From an uncultured Acidimicrobiales bacterium (lineage in GTDB: Bacteria; Actinomycetota; Acidimicrobiia; Acidimicrobiales; CAWCAL01): a stretch of 64,000 nucleotides of DNA. The translations under genes were made by a program, and so were the position numbers. Below are positions 1 to 7,526 of the stretch, piece after piece; position 1 is the stretch's first letter; every line of letters starts with the position of its first letter. The notes below the pieces were generated by a model, which ran no database searches, was not told the origin of the DNA, and saw only the letters and a list, made by a program, of their open reading frames with translations. The stretch is from assembly GCA_963695075.1 (NCBI GenBank), contig CAVOFR010000007.1, positions 1,680,904 to 1,744,903 of the forward strand, read 5' to 3'.

Positions 1-223
1 CTCCCTCGTGCTCGGGGGCGCTCGGTTCCTCGTCCTGCTCCTGAAGTACATGATCATAGGGAAGCGAAAGCCGGCCCCCGAAGAGCCGACGATCCAGGTT
101 CCCCCGCCCAGCGATCGCCGGCGCCGCCGGCTCGGCGGGGCTCGCACCGGCGCGGCCCGGAGTCGCCTCGGGCAGAGCCGCGTCACCAAAGCCGCTTCGG
201 AGCCGGCCGACGTCACGGAGTGA
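1..223 (+). CDS. 3-prime end of a hypothetical membrane protein (partial, runs off the window start)
   Basis: Frame is open from the window edge to TGA at 221-223. Strong G/C bias at third codon positions. Hydrophobic stretch LVLGGARFLVLLLKYMIIG is followed by a basic, Pro-rich tail. No family recognised. Confidence 0.3.
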   Translation, partial: SLVLGGARFLVLLLKYMIIGKRKPAPEEPTIQVPPPSDRRRRRLGGARTGAARSRLGQSRVTKAASEPADVTE

Positions 224-277
224 CCCTCCTCGACGGCGCGGCGTTCCGTCTATCCTGAGCGAACGAGGGGAGCGACC

Positions 278-1015
278 ATGCTGGAGAAGCTCAGGAAGCA
301 GTACGGGATCAAGGCGTGGTGGGGTGCCTTCGTGATGCGCTCGGAGATGAAGCATCTCGGCGGCATCGTCGACCAGACGTACCTGCCGATCCTGCGCCTG
401 GCCGTGAACGACCCGGACCGCATCGAGCGCGACTGGGAGGCGGTCAAGGCCCAACGCGGGGTGATCAGACGCTGGGACTCGCCCTACGCCCGGTGGAAGA
501 AGACCTACGGCAACTTCGTGCGCGAGCTCGAATGGGCGTACGGCGAGCTGAAGCCGACCATGTCCGAGCGCGACTTCGAGGACCTGGTCGTCTTCACCAT
601 GTGCAGCCGCCTCGAGGAGTGGGTGGGTTGGATGAAGCCGCTGCTCAAACGCATGGACCAGGGCTCGTCCGGCGGTCCCGGTTCCGCTGCCAAGATCAGC
701 TCTCGATCGATGGCGACGATGTGGCCGATCGTCGGGGACATCGAGGTCCGGGGCGTCGAGGACGGGGTGGCCGTCTGTTACATCCCCGACTGCGCCATGC
801 ACACGGTCGTCAGCGAGACCGAACCGCAGACCAATGCATGCCTCTACGGGTGCAAGGCCGCGTGTGAGGCCTTCATGGGGCCCGACGACCCCATGTCGAT
901 CCACTTCGAACCGAACCTGCCGGGGTTCGACTGCGTGATGAGGGTGTCCCTGGACGGCCGGCCGGCCGCGCCGCTCAGTCCCGCGCCGGACGAAGCGGAC
1001 CTCACCTCGGTCTGA
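278..1015 (+). CDS. Cys-rich hypothetical protein, possibly ATC-hydrolase-like; paralog of 29746-30558
   Basis: ATG preceded by GAGGGGA. Shares RWDSP..RW(K/R)(K/N)YGNFVRE(L/I)EWA and a C-terminal Cys-rich block (CYIPDCAMH...CLYGCKAACEAF...FDCVMRV) with the ORF at 29746-30558. Confidence 0.75.
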   Translation: MLEKLRKQYGIKAWWGAFVMRSEMKHLGGIVDQTYLPILRLAVNDPDRIERDWEAVKAQRGVIRRWDSPYARWKKTYGNFVRELEWAYGELKPTMSERDFEDLVVFTMCSRLEEWVGWMKPLLKRMDQGSSGGPGSAAKISSRSMATMWPIVGDIEVRGVEDGVAVCYIPDCAMHTVVSETEPQTNACLYGCKAACEAFMGPDDPMSIHFEPNLPGFDCVMRVSLDGRPAAPLSPAPDEADLTSV

Positions 1016-1048
1016 TCCCGCCCAGGCGCGGAGCTCCTGACGGGGTCC

Positions 1049-1588
1049 TCAGTCGAGCTCGAGCTCGCTGGGGTCCACGCCCTGTTCGGCCGCGGCGGTC
1101 CAGCTCTCGATCGAGTCGGCCATCATCTTGCCGGCGTCGTAGGTGATCCATTTCTCGGGCACGACCTCGAAGATCAGGCGACGCTCGGAGTCGAGCATCT
1201 TCGCGAACATGTCGCTCAGCTCGCTCTGGCCTCCCATGATCGCGATGGCGAGAGCCGGATAGAACCATTCCTTGGTCTCGTCGTCGTCGTGGAGGATGCA
1301 ATGCCCCTTGGCGGTGACCGTGCGAGCCGGCCCGATCTCGGTGCCGACCCCCGACACGATCACCGAGACGCGAGGGTCCCGGCGCACGGCCGCGATGCGC
1401 TTGCGCTGGCTGGTCGCGGTCAGCCAGAACCGGCCGTCGCGCCACAGGTAGCTCATCATCACGCCGACGGGCCAATGATCCTTTGTACCCCAGACGAAGG
1501 CGCACTCGTTCTGAGTCTCGAGCAGCTTCTCCTGCATGTCGGGGTCGAGCGGGTAGTGGCCGACTTCCTCGTAGTTGGTGATCTTCAT
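1049..1588 (-). CDS. pyridoxamine 5-prime-phosphate oxidase-like (FMN/F420-binding split-barrel) family protein
   Basis: 179-aa ORF with good codon bias. Sequence pattern is typical of PPOX-class proteins (WPVGVMMSYLWRDGRFWLTATSQRKRIAAVRRDPRVSV). Lies 22 bp downstream of the SDR gene. Confidence 0.75.
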   Translation of the reverse strand: MKITNYEEVGHYPLDPDMQEKLLETQNECAFVWGTKDHWPVGVMMSYLWRDGRFWLTATSQRKRIAAVRRDPRVSVIVSGVGTEIGPARTVTAKGHCILHDDDETKEWFYPALAIAIMGGQSELSDMFAKMLDSERRLIFEVVPEKWITYDAGKMMADSIESWTAAAEQGVDPSELELD

Positions 1589-1610
1589 GGGCGTCCCCTC
1601 CTGGTGTCGT

Positions 1611-2354
1611 CTATCGAACTGCGGTCATTCCACCGTCGACCGCGAGCCACTGACCGGTCACGAAGCTCGCGTCGTCACTGCACAGGAAGGACACCGCCCC
1701 GGCCACGTCCTCGGGGAGACCGGCGCGGCCCATCGGAGTGAGCGCCACGAAGTGGTCGGTCGCTCCGAGCGGGTCGGTCATCGGTGACTTGGTGTAGCCC
1801 GGACAGACGCAGTTGATCCTGATGCCGAACGGGCCGTACTCGTCGGCCAGCGAACGGCAGAACCCGAGCAGGCCGGTCTTGGCCGTGCTGTAGGCGCCGA
1901 CCATGCTGCTGCCCACCAGACCCTCGACGCTCGAGGTGAGCACGAGCGCACCCGGTCCGTTCCGCTTGATCAGCGGCAGCGCGGCCTTGGCCGTGCGGAA
2001 CACACCCATGAGGTTGATGTCGAGAACCCGCAGGAACTCCTCCTCGGGAGTGTGCTCGAGGTGGCCGATGCCCACGACGCCGGCGTTGGCGACCGCGTAG
2101 TCGAGGCGACCCCACTGCTCGTCGATCGCCGCGACCGCGGCGACGCACGCATCCATGTCCCTCACGTCGCAGGTCGTGGCGATCGCCTCGCCCCCGGCCT
2201 GCTCGATCATCTCGACCGTCTCGGCGGAGCCTTCCTCGGCGATGTCGCCCACGGCGATACGGGCCCCCTCCGAGGCCATGCGAACGGCGATCGCGCGGCC
2301 GATTCCGGAGCCACCTCCCGTGATCCACGCCACCTTGTCGTCGAAGCGGCCCAT
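1611..2354 (-). CDS. short-chain dehydrogenase/reductase (SDR)
   Basis: TGGGSGIGRA cofactor motif, NAG, and YSTAK catalytic motif. Only a 1-nt gap to the upstream SDR. Confidence 0.92.
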   Translation of the reverse strand: MGRFDDKVAWITGGGSGIGRAIAVRMASEGARIAVGDIAEEGSAETVEMIEQAGGEAIATTCDVRDMDACVAAVAAIDEQWGRLDYAVANAGVVGIGHLEHTPEEEFLRVLDINLMGVFRTAKAALPLIKRNGPGALVLTSSVEGLVGSSMVGAYSTAKTGLLGFCRSLADEYGPFGIRINCVCPGYTKSPMTDPLGATDHFVALTPMGRAGLPEDVAGAVSFLCSDDASFVTGQWLAVDGGMTAVR

Positions 2355-2355
2355 G

Positions 2356-3123
2356 TCAGGATCCCATCGAGAGGGTGTTGGTCATCCCGCCGTCGACGGT
2401 GAGCGTCGTGCCGGTCACGTATCGCGATGCGTCCGACGCCAGGTAGACGAGGGCGGCCGCCGTGTCCTCGTCGGTGCACGGACGGCCCATCGGCAGCCCG
2501 TTTGCCAGCATGTCGACGCCGAACTCGGTGAAGAATCCGACGAAGGTCTCGGTGGCCGCCACGCCCGGAGCCAGCGAGTTGACCGTGACACCCATCGGAC
2601 CCAGCTCGGCCGCCAGGTTGCGGGTCATCGATGCCAGCGCCCCCTTGGAGGTGCCATACGCGCTCACCATCCCGAAACCGAGCGAGGCCGACGGGGACAC
2701 GATGTTGATGATCCGACCCTCGCCCTTCTCGACCATGAGGCGGGCGCAGGTCTGCGAGAAGCGGAACGGGCCGTTGATGTTGGTGTCCATGACGTCGAGC
2801 CACTGGTCTTCCTCTACCGCGAGGAACGGGGACGGTGGATACACCCCGGCGTTGTTGACGAGGATGTCGACCCCTCCCTTCCAGTCGACCACCGCTTGCA
2901 CGCACGCCTCCACCTGCTCGCGCGAGCGCTGGTCGCAACTGACCGCGAGAGCCTCCCGGCCCGCGTCGGCCAGCTCGGCGACGAGCTCGTCGAGCGGTTC
3001 GGTCCGGCGTCCGGTCACCGCCACCGCGGCTCCCGCTTCGCTCAGGGCCCGGGCGAAACCCCGCCCCAGTCCGCTACCGCCACCGGTGACGATCGCCACG
3101 CGGTCGTCGAGGGATAGTTCCAT
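2356..3123 (-). CDS. short-chain dehydrogenase/reductase (SDR)
   Basis: TGGGSGLGRG, NNAG and YGTSK motifs. Confidence 0.92.
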   Translation of the reverse strand: MELSLDDRVAIVTGGGSGLGRGFARALSEAGAAVAVTGRRTEPLDELVAELADAGREALAVSCDQRSREQVEACVQAVVDWKGGVDILVNNAGVYPPSPFLAVEEDQWLDVMDTNINGPFRFSQTCARLMVEKGEGRIINIVSPSASLGFGMVSAYGTSKGALASMTRNLAAELGPMGVTVNSLAPGVAATETFVGFFTEFGVDMLANGLPMGRPCTDEDTAAALVYLASDASRYVTGTTLTVDGGMTNTLSMGS

Positions 3124-3169
3124 CAGGCTTTCTCCTTGCCTTGTCTCGATGTTGTCTTCGGGGCCCGGT

Positions 3170-3619
3170 TCACTGGAGCGAGTTGATCGCGGAAGCGCAC
3201 ATCCACCTCGAATCTTCCCCGGCGATCCGGCCTACCTCTTCGGTCATGAGCTGTCGCAGTCTCGCAACCCCCGGGTCGGCGCTCTGCATGGCGCCGGTGA
3301 GGGACTCACCCAGGACGCGATTGCGCTCCCGCGGGTCGTCGATCGGTCCGGCGTCCACGAGCGTGGCATCGAGCTGTCCGGCGAGCGCGGGCGAGTCGGC
3401 CCGGATCTCCGAAGCGAGGTCGGCCAGACGTGTCTCCAACCGGTCGTTCACCGCGATGTACGGGTCGCCGTGCTCCAGCCGGTCCGCGACCTCGTCGAGG
3501 GCGAGTAGAGCGGCGTCGACCTGTAGTCGGGCGAAGTCGTCGTCGATCGCGGGCAGTACGTGGGTCTCCAGCGAGCGATGGATCGCAGCGAGGATCTCCT
3601 GGGAGTCCAGAAGGATCAT
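3170..3619 (-). CDS. hypothetical protein coupled to the phosphotransferase gene
   Basis: 149-aa acidic helical ORF. Its start overlaps the upstream stop (ATGA at 3616-3619). No family recognised. Confidence 0.65.
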   Translation of the reverse strand: MILLDSQEILAAIHRSLETHVLPAIDDDFARLQVDAALLALDEVADRLEHGDPYIAVNDRLETRLADLASEIRADSPALAGQLDATLVDAGPIDDPRERNRVLGESLTGAMQSADPGVARLRQLMTEEVGRIAGEDSRWMCASAINSLQ

Positions 3620-4617
3620 GAGTCCATCCCTTCGATGAGCTCCAGTTGGGACTCGAGCAGTGCGACGACCGCGTCGGCGGTGGCCGCCAGGCCCGCCACC
3701 GACAGGAGTCGCAGGTCCGTCCCGCCGGAGCGGAGGTCCTGGGCGCCGGCGAGACCGATGATCGAGCTCTTGGTCATCTCCAGCATCTGGTAGTACGCGA
3801 CCCGTTGCTCGTCGATCCGGTGGCCGGTCAGCTCGCAGTAGTAGTCGGCGAGCTCACCCAGGACGGCGAATGGTCCGGCTCCGACGGTCTGGGTGAAGGC
3901 CAGGTCGCTCACCGGGTCACCGATCCGGGCGAGCTCCCAGTCGAGGATCCCGACGATCTCGCCGTCACGCCATTTGAGGTTGGGTAGCCGGTAGTCGCCG
4001 TGGAGAAGCACGAGCCGGTCGCAGTCGGGAGCCTTGCGATCGAGAACGTCGAGAGCATGGCGAAGGACTGGTCGCGGGAGCACCTCGGTCTCGGCCAGAC
4101 GCTTCCGGCACACCGCGACGAGGGCTCGAGCCGAGCTCGGCCCGTCATCGTGGTACGCGAGGCCATGGTCCTGCGTCTGGTGGATCCGGGCGAGCATCTC
4201 GACGAACTTGGCCTGGAGGGCCTCGGTGAACTCACCACCCTCGAAGAAGCGGGGGTCGGTGGTCTGGTACGCCTCGCCGTCGATGAAGGAGGTGAGGGCG
4301 AATCGGCGGCCGAACCGAGCTTCGTCCGCCTCGACGTGAACCACGTCCGGCACGGGGAGCCCGGACTGCCCGATGCTGGTGAGCAGGTCGGTCTCCCACA
4401 CGATGTCGTAGGGGGGGATCACGCCGTGATCGGGCTCGGCGCGCAAGGCCCAGGTGCGGGGGCCGAGCTCGGTCTCGACGTCGATCCGGCAGCTCAGCGA
4501 GGACAGCCCGCCGGAGAAGCGGTCGACGGCCAGGACCCGCTTCACCGCGAGGTCCGGCGCGGCCGCGACGAGGTAGGCCTCGAGCTGGTCGGGATCGAGC
4601 AGCGAGTCTGATTTCAT
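3616..4617 (-). CDS. phosphotransferase (APH / choline-kinase-like) family protein
   Basis: Kinase-like motifs LLHGDYRLPNLKW and ILDWELARIGDPVSDLA. Start chosen at ATG 4617 (MKSDSLL) because GGGGGAG lies 4-5 nt upstream. The track ORF extends to 4659. Confidence 0.85.
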   Translation of the reverse strand: MKSDSLLDPDQLEAYLVAAAPDLAVKRVLAVDRFSGGLSSLSCRIDVETELGPRTWALRAEPDHGVIPPYDIVWETDLLTSIGQSGLPVPDVVHVEADEARFGRRFALTSFIDGEAYQTTDPRFFEGGEFTEALQAKFVEMLARIHQTQDHGLAYHDDGPSSARALVAVCRKRLAETEVLPRPVLRHALDVLDRKAPDCDRLVLLHGDYRLPNLKWRDGEIVGILDWELARIGDPVSDLAFTQTVGAGPFAVLGELADYYCELTGHRIDEQRVAYYQMLEMTKSSIIGLAGAQDLRSGGTDLRLLSVAGLAATADAVVALLESQLELIEGMDS

Positions 4618-4665
4618 ACTCTCCCCCTTGGTACAGGTCGTCGACGGCGGACTCATCATGCCTCA

Positions 4666-4681
4666 ACTTAATCGATTAAGT
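4666..4681. promoter_or_regulatory. perfect 16-bp AT-rich palindrome ACTTAATCGATTAAGT in a divergent promoter region
   Basis: Self-complementary 16-mer centred in the 104-bp gap between divergent starts 4617 (-) and 4722 (+). It abuts a -10-like TATGAT (4681-4686). Related boxes occur at four other intergenic sites. Confidence 0.5.
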
Positions 4682-4721
4682 ATGATCGCGCCCGCTCGAC
4701 CGAAGGGAGGGGCCGGAACCA

Positions 4722-6023
4722 ATGCCGCAATACGACGTCATCGTGATCGGTGCCGGGATCTCCGGGCTCGGCGTGAGCGCGTTGCTTGCCGACGCGGGCC
4801 GCAGGGTCCTGACCCTGGAGCGGGCGAAGGCGATCGGCGGGCGGGCCTACTCGTTCCGTCAGCGCGGCCATATCACCAACACCGGCGGGCCACGGGCCGG
4901 GATCGAGGGCCGGAGGGTCGACGAGCTCTTCGCCCGGGTGGGCAGGGAGCCGGGCGAGCGCGGCTTCTTCGACGGCATCATGCACTTCCGCGACGGGGAG
5001 TTCGTCAGCCTGCCCGACACGGCGATGCAGGCTCCCCCCGACCAGGCCATGGCCCTGTTCCAGGCCCTGGACGAGGTCGGCGACGACGACCTGCCGGCGC
5101 TCGACGACATCTCGGCCCATGACTGGATCACGGCCCGGGTGCAGGACCGCGACCTGATCGACGTGTGTCGGCTCAGCTCCGTCGTGATGAGCACCTTGCC
5201 GCGACTGCGGGACATCGCGGCCAGCACGATGGTCGAGTCGATGCGCCTCGTGATGGGATTCCCGCGGATCTTCCTCGCCGCGGGCGGATACGGGGACTTC
5301 ATGCGCATCCTGGCCGAGGCCTCGGAGGAACGCGGCGGTGAGATCCGGACCCGGGCGCAGGCGACGGAGATCCTGATCGAGGACGGCGCTGCGCGCGGGG
5401 TCGTGGTCGAGGATCGCGACGGGAAGGCCGAGAGGATCGAAGCTCCGCTCGTCGTCACCGCCTTTCCGATCTGGGATCTCTTCGATCTCGCCGACGAGCG
5501 TGTCTTCGAACCGGAGTTCGTCGCGAAGGTGAGGCACCTCGGACGGAAGACCGCGCTGTTCGGGATCACCGCCTCGCTGCGAGAGCCGCTCTACCCGGGC
5601 AAGGAGTTCATCCTCACCGACGCGAAGAGAGCCGAGCATCCGTTCGCTGGCTTCATGGCCAGCAACGTCGCGCCGTCGCTGGCACCCGAGGGCGAGCACC
5701 TCTTCGAGGCCTGCTGCCAGTGCGACATCGAGCTCGGAGGCGATCGCGTCGAGCTCGAACGCCGGCTCGATCTGCTTCGCGAGGACATCGACGAGATGTT
5801 CCCGGGATGGGAGGGGAGCGCCAACTGGATCCGGACGATGTTCCACTGGGAGGAGCCGGCCCGAAACCCGGGGCGCGAGGGCGTCAATCGGCCGGGCCCG
5901 GTGGCCCCGGGTGCATCCGGCCTCTACTTCGCCGGAGACACCGTCTCATCCCGTTCACTCCCCGGACTGGAGTGCGCCGCCGACTCAGCCATGATATGCG
6001 CCGACCGGATCCTCGCGTCCTGA
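4722..6023 (+). CDS. NAD(P)/FAD-dependent oxidoreductase (phytoene-desaturase-like fold)
   Basis: N-terminal dinucleotide-binding motif DVIVIGAGISGLG...LERAKAIGGRA. C-terminal GLYFAGD motif. SD GAAGGGAGGGG lies upstream. Confidence 0.88.
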   Translation: MPQYDVIVIGAGISGLGVSALLADAGRRVLTLERAKAIGGRAYSFRQRGHITNTGGPRAGIEGRRVDELFARVGREPGERGFFDGIMHFRDGEFVSLPDTAMQAPPDQAMALFQALDEVGDDDLPALDDISAHDWITARVQDRDLIDVCRLSSVVMSTLPRLRDIAASTMVESMRLVMGFPRIFLAAGGYGDFMRILAEASEERGGEIRTRAQATEILIEDGAARGVVVEDRDGKAERIEAPLVVTAFPIWDLFDLADERVFEPEFVAKVRHLGRKTALFGITASLREPLYPGKEFILTDAKRAEHPFAGFMASNVAPSLAPEGEHLFEACCQCDIELGGDRVELERRLDLLREDIDEMFPGWEGSANWIRTMFHWEEPARNPGREGVNRPGPVAPGASGLYFAGDTVSSRSLPGLECAADSAMICADRILAS

Positions 6024-6104
6024 CCGCGTCCTGGGAAACCACACCGTCCTACGAGACGACACCGTCCTCAGAAACCCCGCCCGAATCAACAAGGAGCACA
6101 AGCA

Positions 6105-6545
6105 ATGACCAACCCGCACGAGAACGCAAAGGTCCACGTCACCCACGACTTCGCCACATCGGCGGACGAGCTCTGGGGGATCCTGGGCGACTTCAGCAAT
6201 CTGAGCTGGGTGCCGCTCGTTCATCACCACGAGTTCGAGGGTGAGGGCCCCGGCATGCAGCGCCACATGTACATCGACGAGACCACGGCGATCGTCGAGA
6301 GGCTCGAGGCCCTCGATGAGGCGACCAGGACCATCTCGTATTCGATTCCGGTCAACAACCCGCTTCCGATCGCCGACTACTACGCGACGATGACCGTCCA
6401 CGAGAAGGGTTCGGACACCTGCCAGCTCGAGTGGAGCTGCACCTGGTCCGAGCCGGTCGGCATCACCGAGGACGAGGCCGTCGTCGCCATCACCGCGTTC
6501 TACGGAACGGTCATCCCGGGAATCGAAGCGGTGGTCAACGGCTAG
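6105..6545 (+). CDS. SRPBCC (Bet v1 / polyketide-cyclase-like) family protein
   Basis: 146-aa ORF with a pattern typical of SRPBCC ligand-binding proteins. SD AAGGAG lies upstream. TAG stop sits inside CTAG at the repeat boundary. Confidence 0.75.
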   Translation: MTNPHENAKVHVTHDFATSADELWGILGDFSNLSWVPLVHHHEFEGEGPGMQRHMYIDETTAIVERLEALDEATRTISYSIPVNNPLPIADYYATMTVHEKGSDTCQLEWSCTWSEPVGITEDEAVVAITAFYGTVIPGIEAVVNG

Positions 6546-6835
6546 GCGAGTGGTTCCAAGGGGTTGGGTGGGGCCTGATCACAGGAACCGAGCGCGCCGC
6601 GCTCCCCTCTCGCCGAAATCTGGTCCCTCAGCGTCGGTAGCCGACGGCTACGGCCATCCGGTTCGACACTGCGCTGGTCGCCTCGGCCCCGGACAGACGA
6701 ACTGGCGGCCCAGGAGCCCAGAACTGGGTTCTGAGGCCGCGAGTTCGTGTTGACGAGACCTCGCGGGTCGGCTCGTCGCGCCCATCGGCGAACCGCCCGC
6801 CACGAGCGCGCCAACGACCCCTTGGAACCAACCAT
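6546..6835. repeat. MITE-like repeat, copy A (apparently full length)
   Basis: Perfect 13-bp inverted repeats TGGTTCCAAGGGG (6551-6563) and CCCCTTGGAACCA (6818-6830). CTAG flanks both sides (6542-6545, 6836-6839). Positions ~6598-6839 are the reverse complement of 24765-25005 at roughly 90% identity by eye. Confidence 0.8.
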
Positions 6836-6934
6836 CTAGCCGGCTGGGGTGTTCTGCGTCTGACTTCGCCGCGGAGAGTCCACGGGAAAATGACCCGAGT
6901 CTGATCGGCTTCTCGACAACGAGAGGAGCGTCAG

Positions 6935-7165
6935 ATGACCACGATGAGCGAGGGTCGGCGACGACCGAAGATGTTGCCAGCGGAGACGAAGTGGGAGGTC
7001 TCCTTGCAGGTGACCGGCGGCGAGATCAGCCAGGCCGATGCGGCCCGCAAGCGGGGTGTGGATGTGTCGACGATCATCACTATCCGCCGGACGGTGAAGG
7101 ATGCTGCGCTCGCGGCGTTGGGTCGCAAGCCGGGCCGGCCCGCGAAGGAAAGGAACTGGGAGCGC
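6935..7165 (+). mobile_element. truncated IS3-family-like transposase OrfA (N-terminal HTH only)
   Basis: The first ~75 codons (KMLPAETKWEVSLQVTGGEISQADAARKRGVDVSTIITIRRTVKDAALAAL..PGRPAKE) look like an IS3-type OrfA HTH. The rest of the 127-aa ORF is Arg/Gly-rich and not protein-like. No OrfB or catalytic domain follows. Confidence 0.55.
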
Positions 7166-7187
7166 GAAGCCGTGTTCCGCGGCGGCC

Positions 7188-7409
7188 TCAGCCTGCAGGT
7201 GAGGCGGGTTCGTCCGTCGGTCGACCACCCTCGTCGTCGGCGGCCCGGTTGCGGGGGTGGTACTCGCAGGTCAGGCACCGGCGCGCCGCTGAGCGCATGC
7301 GCTCGATCCGGGTGGTGAGCTCGTCGTTCTGACGACGGAGCTCGTCGACCTCGCGACGCAGGCGTTGCAGCCGTCTTTCCTGGGCGATGATGTCCACGAG
7401 CTTCGACAT
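7188..7409 (-). CDS. small coiled-coil hypothetical protein (73 aa)
   Basis: ATG 7409 is preceded by GAGGAG at 5 nt. High GC3. Heptad-like RRLQRLRREVDELRRQNDELTTRIERM is followed by a CLTC motif. Confidence 0.55.
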   Translation of the reverse strand: MSKLVDIIAQERRLQRLRREVDELRRQNDELTTRIERMRSAARRCLTCEYHPRNRAADDEGGRPTDEPASPAG

Positions 7410-7457
7410 GGGTGCTCCTCGCACGCGTCGTTCGGACCCGGGGGAAGGCCACCTTAA

Positions 7458-7477
7458 CTGAAGACGACTAAGTTAGG
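7458..7477. promoter_or_regulatory. AT-rich box (CTGAAG-ACG-ACTAAG, overlapping CTAAGTTAGG)
   Basis: The right half-site ACTAAG matches the boxes at 27261, 28838 and 30718. ACTAAGTTAGG matches the reverse complement of 27256-27266 at 10 of 11 positions. The left half-site is weak. Confidence 0.35.
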
Positions 7478-7488
7478 AGTTGGAGACA

Positions 7489-7519
7489 TTGACGAGCCGC
7501 TAACTGAATGGTCTAAAGT
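7489..7519 (+). promoter_or_regulatory. candidate sigma-70-type promoter giving a leaderless ligase mRNA
   Basis: TTGACG (7489-7494), a 19-nt spacer, then TAAAGT (7514-7519). The GTG start follows 7 nt later at 7527, with no SD in between. Confidence 0.35.
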
Positions 7520-7526
7520 CATCACC

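Noticed and set aside
250-447. 65-aa minus-strand ORF and the 183-aa plus-strand ORF 316-867, both overlapping the gene at 278-1015.
   Set aside because: They lie antisense to, or out of frame with, a gene that has a clear paralog elsewhere in the window. Their translations are low-complexity and Arg-rich.
4666-4681. The AT-rich boxes considered as KstR/KstR2 (steroid regulon) operators.
   Set aside because: The KstR consensus TnnAACnnGTTnnA and the KstR2 consensus AnCAAGnnCTTGnT do not fit CTTAGT-N3-ACTAAG. The boxes are kept as an unassigned motif instead.
6655-6675. GGTTCGA motif inside the repeat, considered as a tRNA T-arm or tRNA-like / tmRNA-like element.
   Set aside because: I could not build a T-stem, an acceptor stem or a cloverleaf around it on either strand or in either copy. 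No CCA-proximal acceptor pairing is present.
6628-6831. 67-aa ORF MVPRGRWRARGGRF..., its twin at 24773-24976, and the overlapping ORFs 6542-6835 and 6550-6753, considered as a duplicated small gene.
   Set aside because: The peptides are Arg/Gly-rich and not protein-like. Almost every nucleotide difference between the two copies changes the amino acid. ORFs appear on both strands of the same repeat. This fits a non-coding repeat in GC-rich DNA.
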